Below, in pieces: positions 37,167-45,896 of a stretch of DNA of 45,896 bases. The notes below the pieces were generated by a model. It worked only from the letters and a program-made list of their open reading frames with translations, was not told the DNA's origin and searched no databases. The position numbers and the translations under genes were made by a program. Each line of letters starts with the position of its first letter. Within the stretch, counting starts at the first letter, position 1. Location of the stretch: positions 1 to 45,896 of the forward strand of contig CAITQQ010000242.1 in assembly GCA_903894575.1 (NCBI GenBank), in the 5' to 3' direction. The stretch comes from an uncultured bacterium. Its GTDB lineage: Bacteria > Bacteroidota > Bacteroidia > Chitinophagales > Chitinophagaceae.

Positions 37167-37249
37167 ATATTGACCATTTCATTGAATTGACAGCTTTTAT
37201 GTATATTTAGGTTGTGTGTATTTTACACACATTAACCAATTGCTTTCAT

Positions 37250-38584
37250 ATGCAAAATGCAACTAATCCCTCAATGGAAAAGGGTAAACCTACGCTCGGT
37301 TTTTGGCAGATCTGGAACATGTGTTTTGGTTTTTTTGGTATCCAATTTGGCTGGAGCCTGCAGATGGGCAACATGAGTGCCATCTATGAATTCCTTGGTG
37401 CACAACCTGAAGAGATTCCAGGCCTTTGGCTTGCGGCCCCTATGACTGGTTTGTTGGTTCAGCCTGTCATTGGCTATCTGAGTGATCGGACCTGGCATCC
37501 AAAATGGGGAAGAAGAAGGCCTTATTTTTTGATTGGAGCCGTTCTTAGTTCAGCAGCCCTTTTCTTCATGCCCAATTCCCCAACAGTTTGGATGGCAGCA
37601 GGTACCCTCTGGATATTAGATTCATGCATCAATGTGTCCATGGAACCTTTCCGGGCCTTTGTTGCAGATAACCTCAATGACAAGCAACGTTCATTTGGCT
37701 ATGCCATGCAAAGCATGTTCATTGGTGCTGCATCTTTTATTGCCGGATTTCTTCCGCGGGTTTTGGTCGAATGGTTTGGGGTGTCCAGAAAAAAAATAAA
37801 CGGTGGCATACCGGAGAATATTGTTTGGTCATTTTATATCGGTGCTGCAGTTTTCCTGATTGCCGTACTCATAACAGTTTTCAAAAGCAAAGAATATCCA
37901 CCCGAGGAAAACCAGTTGTCAGAAGCTGATGGCAATATCTTAAAGGAGATATATGAGGCCATCATCAACATGCCTGCTCAAATGAAACGATTGGCCTTGG
38001 TTCAGTTTCTTACCTGGCCAGGTCTTTTCCTGATGTGGTTTTATTACAGCACCGGTGTTGCTGTCAATATCTTTGGTGGCGATGCCAATGCCGCTGAGGG
38101 TTCTGTTGCATCACTCAGGTTTACTGAGGGGTTGGAGTTGGCCAATGCGACCTCTGCCATCCTTAACCTGATCACTTTTCTATTTGCTTTTACCATCCCC
38201 TTTATCGTCTCAAAAATGGGAAAAAAACTCACCCATACTTTCTGTCTTTTCATTGGAGGCCTTGGGTTGATTTCTGTCAACATGATCGAACAACCCAACA
38301 TGTTATACATCTCTATGGGCATGGTTGGCATAGCTTGGGCATCCATCCTTTCAATGCCTTATACCATCCTTGCTGGCAGTATACCGCCCCAGAAAATGGG
38401 CATTTACATGGGTATTTTCAATTTTTTCATTGTCCTACCAGAAATCATCGCCTCATTGAGTTTTGGAAGCATCATGGAAAATTTCCTAAACAATGACCGG
38501 TTGATGGCTGTAACCATAGGAGGAATCTTATTGATCGCGGCAGGAATCATTTGTGCACTCATTGTCAAAGAAGAAAAAAACTGA
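37250..38584 (+). CDS. MFS maltose/alpha-glucoside transporter (MalT / SLC45-like)
   Basis: Motifs FWQIWNMCFGFFGIQFG, LSDRTW...GRRRPY, MEPFRA, IAWASIL and MGIFNFFI. Start is 37250 or 37274. Confidence 0.85.
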   Translation: MQNATNPSMEKGKPTLGFWQIWNMCFGFFGIQFGWSLQMGNMSAIYEFLGAQPEEIPGLWLAAPMTGLLVQPVIGYLSDRTWHPKWGRRRPYFLIGAVLSSAALFFMPNSPTVWMAAGTLWILDSCINVSMEPFRAFVADNLNDKQRSFGYAMQSMFIGAASFIAGFLPRVLVEWFGVSRKKINGGIPENIVWSFYIGAAVFLIAVLITVFKSKEYPPEENQLSEADGNILKEIYEAIINMPAQMKRLALVQFLTWPGLFLMWFYYSTGVAVNIFGGDANAAEGSVASLRFTEGLELANATSAILNLITFLFAFTIPFIVSKMGKKLTHTFCLFIGGLGLISVNMIEQPNMLYISMGMVGIAWASILSMPYTILAGSIPPQKMGIYMGIFNFFIVLPEIIASLSFGSIMENFLNNDRLMAVTIGGILLIAAGIICALIVKEEKN

Positions 38585-38585
38585 C

Positions 38586-40457
38586 ATGCAACCCATCAAA
38601 TTTTTTTATTTTTTCGCCCTTTCATTCTTCGTTTTTTCATATTCTTTTGCCACTCAATCCATCAATATTTACCCAACCCATTGGTGGGTTGGAATGAAGA
38701 ACAATAGGCTTCAACTGATGGTGCACTCCGATCAGGATTTGCCCCAATCCGTTAAAGTAAATGGCAATGGACTTAGCATTCAAAAGGTATCCCAGCCTGA
38801 AAACAAACATTATGTTTTCATTGACCTGATCATTCTCCCCAATGCCCAACCTGGAAAATTCAAGTTCAGTTTTTCAAATGGAAAAAGTTTTGATTATCAA
38901 TTAAAGCAAAGGGAGAAAGCCCTGGGTGGCGCCAAGCACCAGGGTGTGAATGCCTCAGACCTGATCTATCTGATCATGCCCGACAGGTTTGCCAATGCAG
39001 ATTCCAGCAATGATCAATTTGATGATCTCAGAGACAATGCTTCTGACAGAAACAATCCCTATGCCAGGCATGGTGGTGATTTGGCTGGTGTTGCATCAAA
39101 GCTTGATTACCTGAAAAATATTGGAGTCACTTCTATCTGGATGACACCCATCCTGGAAAACAACATGCCCAAAATGCAGGAAAACCAGTGGATCATGAGT
39201 GGTTACCATGGTTATTGGATAACGGATCATTATGTTGTTGATAAACGCATGGGTGGAAATGATGCCTACAAAAACCTGGTCAAATCAGCACACCAGAAAG
39301 GATTGAAAATAATCCAGGATGCTGTTTACAACCATGTTGGATCGTATCACCATACTGTGCTGGATTTGCCCATGAAAGATTGGCTCAACCAATGGCCTTC
39401 CTATACAGGAGCCAACCACCGGGAAGAACTTTTCATTGATCCACATGCAGCTGCCTCAGAGAAAAAAATCATGATTGGCGGGTGGTTTGTTCCTCATTTG
39501 CCAGACCTCAACCTGGCGAATCCTTTTTGTGCCAATTTTGTTATTCAAAGCAATATCTGGTCTACAGAAGAATTCGGCATTGACGGCTGGAGGGTTGATA
39601 CCTATAAATATTGTGATGAAAAATTTCTGAATACGATCAACGCGGCATTGCTGAAAGAATTTCCTTCCTTGACAGTTTTTGGTGAAGCCTGGACAAACAC
39701 TGTTGCCGCCAGTGCTTATTTCACCCAAAACAACATCAATGCAACATTTAAACACCAGATCAAGGGGGTTACTGATTTCCCATTGAACAGTGCCATTTAT
39801 GATGGCCTGAACCAGCCATTTGGATGGACCGAAGGCATCAACAAGGTTTACATGACCTTATCCCAGGATTTGCTTTACAAGGATCCCATGACCAACTGCA
39901 TTTTCCTGGACAATCATGACATGAACCGGTTTTACTCCATGGTTGGTGAGGACCTGGCTAAATACAAAATGGGCCTTGGTATGTTACTGACCATGCGGGG
40001 AATTCCGCAGGTCTATTATGGCACTGAAATTCTCATGAAGAATTACAAGGACCCCAATGATGCTGCCGTGAGAAAGGATTTTCCTGGTGGTTGGTCTGTT
40101 GATCCAGCGGACAAATTCAATTCTTCCTCTTTGGATTCAAAAGAAAAAGAGGCCTTTGCTTATTTTCAACAGTTGGCCAATTTCAGGAAGAACAGCCCTG
40201 CCATCAAACAAGGTACCCTCAAACAATATATCCCACAAAATGGGGTGTATGTTTATTTCAGGCTGCATGAAAAACAAAAACTCATGTGTATTGTCAATAC
40301 ATCATCAGATGAGGTATCTATTGCAATGGAACGTTTCAAGGAGATATTGAGTGATTCAAAGCAAATTGTAAATGCCTTGACTGGTAATATTATCACAAAA
40401 CCAGCTGGTCTTGACATTCCTTCAAAGTCATTTCAGATATTTGAGTTGAAGAATTAA
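38586..40457 (+). CDS. Secreted GH13 alpha-amylase / neopullulanase / cyclomaltodextrinase (SusA-like)
   Basis: Signal peptide, PTHWWVGMKN N-domain, MPDRFAN, YHGYW, DAVYNH, and catalytic motifs GWRVDT, FGEAW and FLDNHD. Start moved to ATG 38586. Confidence 0.92.
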   Translation: MQPIKFFYFFALSFFVFSYSFATQSINIYPTHWWVGMKNNRLQLMVHSDQDLPQSVKVNGNGLSIQKVSQPENKHYVFIDLIILPNAQPGKFKFSFSNGKSFDYQLKQREKALGGAKHQGVNASDLIYLIMPDRFANADSSNDQFDDLRDNASDRNNPYARHGGDLAGVASKLDYLKNIGVTSIWMTPILENNMPKMQENQWIMSGYHGYWITDHYVVDKRMGGNDAYKNLVKSAHQKGLKIIQDAVYNHVGSYHHTVLDLPMKDWLNQWPSYTGANHREELFIDPHAAASEKKIMIGGWFVPHLPDLNLANPFCANFVIQSNIWSTEEFGIDGWRVDTYKYCDEKFLNTINAALLKEFPSLTVFGEAWTNTVAASAYFTQNNINATFKHQIKGVTDFPLNSAIYDGLNQPFGWTEGINKVYMTLSQDLLYKDPMTNCIFLDNHDMNRFYSMVGEDLAKYKMGLGMLLTMRGIPQVYYGTEILMKNYKDPNDAAVRKDFPGGWSVDPADKFNSSSLDSKEKEAFAYFQQLANFRKNSPAIKQGTLKQYIPQNGVYVYFRLHEKQKLMCIVNTSSDEVSIAMERFKEILSDSKQIVNALTGNIITKPAGLDIPSKSFQIFELKN

Positions 40458-40466
40458 ACCTCCTAA

Positions 40467-42464
40467 ATGCATCATTCCAAAGAAAAAGAGAATAGTCCCA
40501 TACCTTACGAGAAGGTTCATTTTGTGGAGACTTCCGGACCCGTTTGGAACTATTCGATTTTTACTGAGGAGGCAATCAAGAATTTTCAACAAGGTACTCT
40601 TTACAATGCCTATCAATTTTTTGGTAACAAACAATTGGAGGTTTTGGACACTGCGGGAACCTATTTTGCTGTTTGGGCACCCAATGCAACAAAACTAAGT
40701 ATTGTAGGGAATTTCAATAATTGGCAGGATGGCATTCATCCTCTTTTTGTACGATTAGATAAATCCGGTATCTGGGAGGGATTTATTCCTGGATGCAAAA
40801 GGGGAGAGGTTTATAAATATTCCATCCATGGTTTCGAAGGAAAAATCATGCAAAAGGGCGACCCCTATGCCCATTTTTGGGAAAAAAAGCCCCTTACTGC
40901 CAGCATTACCTGGAATTTTGAATATGACTGGAATGACCTGTCTTGGATGAAAAGCCGGGAAAAACACAATTCACTCCAATCTCCTTATTCTGTTTATGAA
41001 GTCCACCTCGCCAGCTGGATGAGGCCAGATCCATTTGATGAGGAATCTTATTTCAGTTACTGGCAAATTGCCCAGCGGTTGGTTCCTTATGTAAAACAAA
41101 TGGGATTTACCCATGTGGAGTTGATGCCTGTCATGGAGTATCCATTTGATGGAAGCTGGGGTTACCAGGGTACCGGATATTTTGCGCCCACTTCCCGTTT
41201 TGGTAACCCTGAGGAGTTCATGGCCATGATCGATTTTTTTCACCAGGAAGGAATAGGAGTTATTTTGGATTGGGTTCCATCCCATTTCCCATATGACAGC
41301 CATGGGCTTTTTATGTTTGATGGCACCCATACCTATGAGTATGCAGACATGCGAAAAGGCTATCATCCAGACTGGAACAGTTATATTTTCAATTACAAGC
41401 GAGGAGAAGTGAGGTCGTTTCTGATCAGCAATGCCCGTTTCTGGCTGGACAAGTTTCATGTAGATGGCCTGAGGGTCGATGCTGTTTCTTCCATGCTCAA
41501 GCTGGATTATTCCAGAAACGAGGGAGAATGGGAGCCCAATGATTTCGGGGGAAATGGAAATATTGAGGCCATTGCCTTTCTGAAAGACATGAACCAGATG
41601 GTCTATCGGGATTTTACAGGAGTTCAAACCATCGCGGAGGAGGCCACCAATTGGCCCGGTGTTTCCAGGCCTACCTATGCAGACGGGCTGGGTTTTGGAA
41701 TGAAATGGATGATGGGTTGGATGCACGATACCCTTCGGTATTTCAAACAGGATCCCTTGTACAGGCAATTTCAGCAAAATCAGTTGACATTCAGCATGAT
41801 GTATTATCATGATGAAAATTTCATGCTTCCCCTCAGCCATGATGAGGTTGTGCATGGAAAATCTCCAATGATTTACAAAATGCCAGGTGATGAATGGCAG
41901 AAATTTGCCAACTTAAGGTTGCTGTATACTTACATGTTTGCCCATCCTGGTGCAAAACTCCTTTTCATGGGCAATGAATTTGCCCAAACAGAGGAATGGA
42001 ATTACAAAACATCCCTGAGATGGGATTTGCTGGAACATGAAAGCCATGCCGGAATGAAGGCCTGTGTCAGCGCTTTGGCACATCTTTTGAAACAGGAACC
42101 CGCCCTATATAAACAACAATTCAAACAGGAAGGGTTTGCTTGGCATGACTTGGATCACCGCGAAGAATCTGTCATTTGTTTCAGGAGGATGACGGAAAAT
42201 GCTGAGGAGGAGTTGATGGTTGTTTTGAACATGACACCCAAAGAAAGGGTAGGGTGGACGGTAAGTGTAAATTCCACAGAAGACTGGCAGGAAATTTTCA
42301 ACAGTGACCAAAAACAGTACTGGGGTACGGGAAACTACGTAAACAACACGGTTATTTCCCCTATAAATCAAAAAAATACAGAATTGTATGAAATAAAAAT
42401 ATCTCTGCCTCCGTTAGGTGGAAGTATTCTGAAAAGAATCAATCCAAACCTAAATCCATCCTAA
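40467..42464 (+). CDS. glgB: 1,4-alpha-glucan branching enzyme
   Basis: Motifs FAVWAPNA, YEVHLASW, SWGYQ, LDWVPSHF, GLRVDAV, TIAEE and LSHDEVVHGK. Confidence 0.97.
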   Translation: MHHSKEKENSPIPYEKVHFVETSGPVWNYSIFTEEAIKNFQQGTLYNAYQFFGNKQLEVLDTAGTYFAVWAPNATKLSIVGNFNNWQDGIHPLFVRLDKSGIWEGFIPGCKRGEVYKYSIHGFEGKIMQKGDPYAHFWEKKPLTASITWNFEYDWNDLSWMKSREKHNSLQSPYSVYEVHLASWMRPDPFDEESYFSYWQIAQRLVPYVKQMGFTHVELMPVMEYPFDGSWGYQGTGYFAPTSRFGNPEEFMAMIDFFHQEGIGVILDWVPSHFPYDSHGLFMFDGTHTYEYADMRKGYHPDWNSYIFNYKRGEVRSFLISNARFWLDKFHVDGLRVDAVSSMLKLDYSRNEGEWEPNDFGGNGNIEAIAFLKDMNQMVYRDFTGVQTIAEEATNWPGVSRPTYADGLGFGMKWMMGWMHDTLRYFKQDPLYRQFQQNQLTFSMMYYHDENFMLPLSHDEVVHGKSPMIYKMPGDEWQKFANLRLLYTYMFAHPGAKLLFMGNEFAQTEEWNYKTSLRWDLLEHESHAGMKACVSALAHLLKQEPALYKQQFKQEGFAWHDLDHREESVICFRRMTENAEEELMVVLNMTPKERVGWTVSVNSTEDWQEIFNSDQKQYWGTGNYVNNTVISPINQKNTELYEIKISLPPLGGSILKRINPNLNPS

Positions 42465-43498
42465 TGAAAAAGTTATTCCTTTTGGCTATTGCCATTGCTA
42501 CAACATTTGGTGCATTTGCAAAAAATGCAGACGACAGTGTAAAAGTTCTCATCCAAAAAGCAAAGATTGAACAGGAAGCCGGCCGACACAAATTGGCCCT
42601 AGAATTGCTTCAAATGGCTGTTGCAGTCAACCCCAACATGATTGAAGCCCAAAGGGCACTTGGTATTGAAGCGCTGGAAGTAAGACAATTTGATCTTGCT
42701 CGCCAGTCCTTCCTCACAGTATTGGCCTCCCAACCCAATGATGCAGTAGCTTTGGAGAAAGTTACCGAGATTTTTTACAATTTCCGCAAATGGGATGATG
42801 CCATCAAATATGGTCAGAAGTTATTGGCACTTAATATCGGAAAGCGCGTGAATTTCATGATAGGCAGGAGCATGTATGAAAAAGAAGATTTTGCACAATG
42901 TTTCAAATACCTCGAAGCTGCATTTGTTGAGGAACCTAAAAATGTTGAAATTCCTACCATGTTCGCAAGGGCCCTGGTAGACATGAGCAACTTCAAAGCT
43001 GCTGCCAGGTACTATCTTGAAGCATTGAAAATTGATACCGCCAACAACAGGTTGATGAATGAATTGGGAATGACCTATTCTGCCATGAACGATGAAAAGA
43101 CTGCGGTTAAATACTATGAAATGGCCATGGAGAAAGGCTACAAGGTTGACAACAATTTTGTTGAAAATCTTTCCAACTCCTATATCGCAGCAGGCATGCC
43201 ACAAAAAGGAATGGAGATGCTGTTGAAATTATTGGAAAAAAGGCCTGGTGATATTGATTTGTTGAACAATGTTGCCAACAACTACTACAGCCTTGGAAAT
43301 TACAAAGAAGCCATCAATTACTGGGATAAAGTACTGTACCTTGATAGGGAAGAAGCAAGAGCCCTTTACATGATTGGCATGAGTTATATCAAAATGGGTG
43401 ACAAGAACAAGGGTGCTACACTTTGCAACAAAGCAATCGAAATGGATCCAAGCCTGAAACAATTCAGGAATGTGAGCGGTGGACCATTCGGTGGATAA
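42464..43498 (+). CDS. Exported tetratricopeptide-repeat protein
   Basis: Signal peptide ending AFA-K, then successive ~34-aa TPR helix pairs (e.g. YKEAINYWDKVLYLD). TAATG overlap with glgB. Confidence 0.85.
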   Translation: MKKLFLLAIAIATTFGAFAKNADDSVKVLIQKAKIEQEAGRHKLALELLQMAVAVNPNMIEAQRALGIEALEVRQFDLARQSFLTVLASQPNDAVALEKVTEIFYNFRKWDDAIKYGQKLLALNIGKRVNFMIGRSMYEKEDFAQCFKYLEAAFVEEPKNVEIPTMFARALVDMSNFKAAARYYLEALKIDTANNRLMNELGMTYSAMNDEKTAVKYYEMAMEKGYKVDNNFVENLSNSYIAAGMPQKGMEMLLKLLEKRPGDIDLLNNVANNYYSLGNYKEAINYWDKVLYLDREEARALYMIGMSYIKMGDKNKGATLCNKAIEMDPSLKQFRNVSGGPFGG

Positions 43499-43528
43499 AA
43501 TATAAACTGGTTAGGGATTATGGTTAAG

Positions 43529-43568
43529 GCCCGAGAAAATGTAGAGATTACATTTTCTCGGGCACTTT
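43529..43568. terminator. Perfect 15-bp hairpin between the convergent TPR gene and argS
   Basis: GCCCGAGAAAATGTA-gagat-TACATTTTCTCGGGC, followed on + by ACTTTT. Confidence 0.7.
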
Positions 43569-45323
43569 TATGCCCAGTAAATCCATCCCGCTGGCAATGA
43601 TTGTTGCCACCAAGCTGGAGATTTTCAGCCTTAATTGTTTTTTCTCCTCTGATTCAGCATTGCCAATGCTCAGCGCCGCATAAAAAGAATTGAAGGATTG
43701 CGCCAATTGAAACAAATAAGTAGCAATAACAGAAGGGTCAAAATCATCAGCAGCTTGCTTGAGCACCACTTCGTAATGCTCTGTCAATAAGAGCAGATCT
43801 TTTTCAGCTTTCAACAATGGACTTGGAAATGATTTGAATGCAGTATCAATGGTCGATTTTCTCAAAACTGATTTTATCCTTGCATGGGTATATTGAACAA
43901 ATGGACCTGTGAATCCGTGGAAGTCAATAGACTCCTCCGGATTGAAGATCATTTTCTTTTTAGGGTCAACTCTGAGCAAGAAATATTTCAAAGCGCCAAG
44001 CCCAATGGTGTCGTACAATGCAACCAATTCCTCATCATTAAAATCCTTGACCTTGCCAAGGTTCTGGGTATGTTCTCTTGAAATGGAAACCATTTCATCG
44101 ATCAGGTCATCAGCGTCAACAACAGTACCTTCACGGCTTTTCATTTTTCCTGTAGGAAGTTCTACCATACCGTATGAAAGGTGGTGAATACCATTGGCAT
44201 AGGGAAGTCCCAATTTTTTACAGATGAGTTGAAGCACTTTCATGTGGTAATTTTGTTCATCACCAATCACGTAAATACTTTGGTCCATGCCAAATTCGTC
44301 ATATTTTTTTTGTGCAAGGCCTATGTCTTGTGTAATGTATACAGATGTGCCATCCTTGCGTAGCACCAGTTTCTCATCCAACCCTTCATCAGTGAGGTCT
44401 ATCCAAACACTGCCGTCAGGTTTCTTGTAAAAAACACCTTTTGTGAGTCCCAGTTCTACGGTATCTTTTCCCAGCAGATAGGTTTCACTTTCATAGTATG
44501 TTTTTGCAAAATCAGATCCAATTCTTTTGTAGGTTACATCGAATCCGGCATAGACCCATTGGTTCATTTTTTTCCATAGGTCAATGACTTCAGGCTTCCC
44601 ATTTTCCCAGTCGAGCAGCATTTGTTGTGCCTCTTTCATGATGGGGGCCTCTTTTTCTGCAGTTGCCTTGTCAACTCCCTGTGCAACGAGTTGTTCAATT
44701 TCCAATTTGTAGGCATCATTGAACTTGACATAGTAATCACCTACAAAATGGTCACCCTTGGTGCCTGTGGTTTCTGGAGTAGCTTCGTTGCCATACCTGT
44801 TCCAAGCTATCATGCTCTTGCAAATATGGATACCACGGTCGTTAACGATACAGGTCTTGAATACATCATAACCATTGGCTTTGAGAATCTCGGCTATACT
44901 TCTTCCGAGAAAATTATTTCTCAAATGACCCAGGTGAAGCGGTTTGTTTGTATTGGGCGATGAATATTCCACCATGATCTTTTTACCATTGAGTGGTGCT
45001 TTTCCAAAGCAGGGATCCTGGAAATGGCTATTCAGCATATCAAGTAAAAAGGCAGGTTGAATGGTGAAATTCAAAAAGCCCTTGATGATGTTGAAAGAAT
45101 GAAAAAAATCAGGATCATCAGCAATCATTGTGTTGCCCAATGCATTTCCCAATGTTTCAGGTGATGATTTAAGTTGCTTGATCAGCGAGAACAAAACAAT
45201 GGTAAAATCACCTTCGAATTCTGGTTTTGTTGGACTCACTTGAAAATCACGCTCACTGAAACGAATTCCATGGAGCGATTCAATTGCCTCGATTGCTTTT
45301 TCCCTGATGATTTTGCTTAGCAT
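43548..45323 (-). CDS. argS: Arginine--tRNA ligase
   Basis: VEYSSPNTNKPLHLGHLRN (HIGH), GKMKSREG (KMSKS-like), GPFVQYTHARI and GIKVPEKM. Confidence 0.97.
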   Translation of the reverse strand: MLSKIIREKAIEAIESLHGIRFSERDFQVSPTKPEFEGDFTIVLFSLIKQLKSSPETLGNALGNTMIADDPDFFHSFNIIKGFLNFTIQPAFLLDMLNSHFQDPCFGKAPLNGKKIMVEYSSPNTNKPLHLGHLRNNFLGRSIAEILKANGYDVFKTCIVNDRGIHICKSMIAWNRYGNEATPETTGTKGDHFVGDYYVKFNDAYKLEIEQLVAQGVDKATAEKEAPIMKEAQQMLLDWENGKPEVIDLWKKMNQWVYAGFDVTYKRIGSDFAKTYYESETYLLGKDTVELGLTKGVFYKKPDGSVWIDLTDEGLDEKLVLRKDGTSVYITQDIGLAQKKYDEFGMDQSIYVIGDEQNYHMKVLQLICKKLGLPYANGIHHLSYGMVELPTGKMKSREGTVVDADDLIDEMVSISREHTQNLGKVKDFNDEELVALYDTIGLGALKYFLLRVDPKKKMIFNPEESIDFHGFTGPFVQYTHARIKSVLRKSTIDTAFKSFPSPLLKAEKDLLLLTEHYEVVLKQAADDFDPSVIATYLFQLAQSFNSFYAALSIGNAESEEKKQLRLKISSLVATIIASGMDLLGIKVPEKM

Positions 45324-45340
45324 AAATGTTTAGATTGGTG

Positions 45341-45348
45341 CAAAGGTA
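45341..45348 (-). promoter_or_regulatory. -7 box for argS
   Basis: TACCTTTG on the minus strand, 17 nt before the ATG. Confidence 0.6.
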
Positions 45349-45369
45349 CGATTCCCTTAATTTTATTGC

Positions 45370-45896
45370 ATGTTGAAACATTTGATCCAATTCATGCTTT
45401 GTTTGCCATCCCTGGCTGTTTTTTCCGCCTCCGTTTCCGCACAAACGAGAAAAATTGATCTTCAGGGGCACAGGGGCTGTAGGGGATTGATGCCAGAAAA
45501 CACCATCGCAGCCATTCTGCATTCCATTGACCTGGGGGTTACCACGCTTGAAATGGATGTTGTCATTACCAAGGATAACAAGGTTATTCTATCGCATGAA
45601 ACGTTCATGAATCCTGAAATTTCCACCCCGCCCAATGGCCAGCAGTTCGCATCGCCCAAGGACAAATCATTCAATATTTATCAGATGACCCATGAAGAAC
45701 TGTCTAAATGGGATGTTGGAATGAAATTTAACCCCAAGTTTCCCTCCCAGAAAAAAATGCCCGCCATCAAGCCTTTGCTCATCGATGTGATAGACTCCGT
45801 AGAGCGTTATGTCAAGGCAAATCACCTGAAACCGCTCAACTATAACATTGAGACAAAATGTGCTCCTGCAACAGATGGGATTTCACATCCTGATCC
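45370..45896 (+). CDS. Glycerophosphodiester phosphodiesterase (GlpQ/UgpQ family), 3'-partial
   Basis: Translated by hand: MLKHLIQFMLCLPSLAVFSASVSAQTRKIDLQGHRGCRGLMPENTIAAILHSIDLGVTTLEMDVVITKD...NIETK. It has a signal peptide plus the HRG, PENT and ExDV motifs, and runs off the window end. Confidence 0.9.
   Translation, partial: MLKHLIQFMLCLPSLAVFSASVSAQTRKIDLQGHRGCRGLMPENTIAAILHSIDLGVTTLEMDVVITKDNKVILSHETFMNPEISTPPNGQQFASPKDKSFNIYQMTHEELSKWDVGMKFNPKFPSQKKMPAIKPLLIDVIDSVERYVKANHLKPLNYNIETKCAPATDGISHPD

Noticed and set aside
40971-41855. 294-aa antisense ORF opposite glgB
   Set aside because: It lies wholly inside a strongly supported gene and has no recognisable motifs. Best explained as a shadow ORF.
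298-45674. The many other 60-170 aa nested or antisense ORFs in the track
   Set aside because: All overlap confidently identified genes, and none shows a recognisable domain or independent expression signals.
1-45896. tRNA, rRNA, CRISPR arrays, IS elements, prophage or defence genes
   Set aside because: Intergenic gaps are all under about 170 bp. I saw no cloverleaf, spaced direct repeats, transposase, integrase or nuclease motifs. Confirming absence needs tRNAscan-SE, Infernal and DefenseFinder.

Overview
A densely coding, almost entirely housekeeping region of a Bacteroidota chromosome, most likely Chitinophagaceae-like. The assignment is inferred from TAnnTTTG-type -7 promoter boxes, no obvious Shine-Dalgarno sites, and Bacteroidota-type PurM, LepB, TopA and ArgS. 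I support 38 CDSs. In order: a 5'-truncated ~1140-aa outer-membrane protein, a membrane-anchored coiled-coil protein, holA, ribF, purM-ftsE, a diverged glycosyltransferase, a small membrane protein, rpsO-pnp-prmA, plsY, a conserved hypothetical, lepB-cdd, a tripartite RND efflux operon, csaA, a SirB1-like protein, topA, an alpha/beta hydrolase, kdsC-(DGGGP-synthase-like UbiA)-maf, an OsmC-family protein, an outer-membrane protein gene, lipA, a ROK kinase plus enlarged FucP/GluP transporter, a glgA-glgC-maltose MFS-GH13-glgB-TPR cluster, argS, and a 3'-truncated glycerophosphodiester phosphodiesterase missing from the ORF track. Many ORF-track starts were moved to more plausible ATGs. I found no rRNA, tRNA, CRISPR array, transposase, integrase or defence system, and I cannot claim a clearly new biological system. 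The best leads are the large outer-membrane protein with a SprA-like segment, the combined starch-uptake/glycogen-synthesis locus, the archaeal-type prenyltransferase, and several unusual hairpins and palindromes. All family calls come from motif recognition by eye, not database searches.
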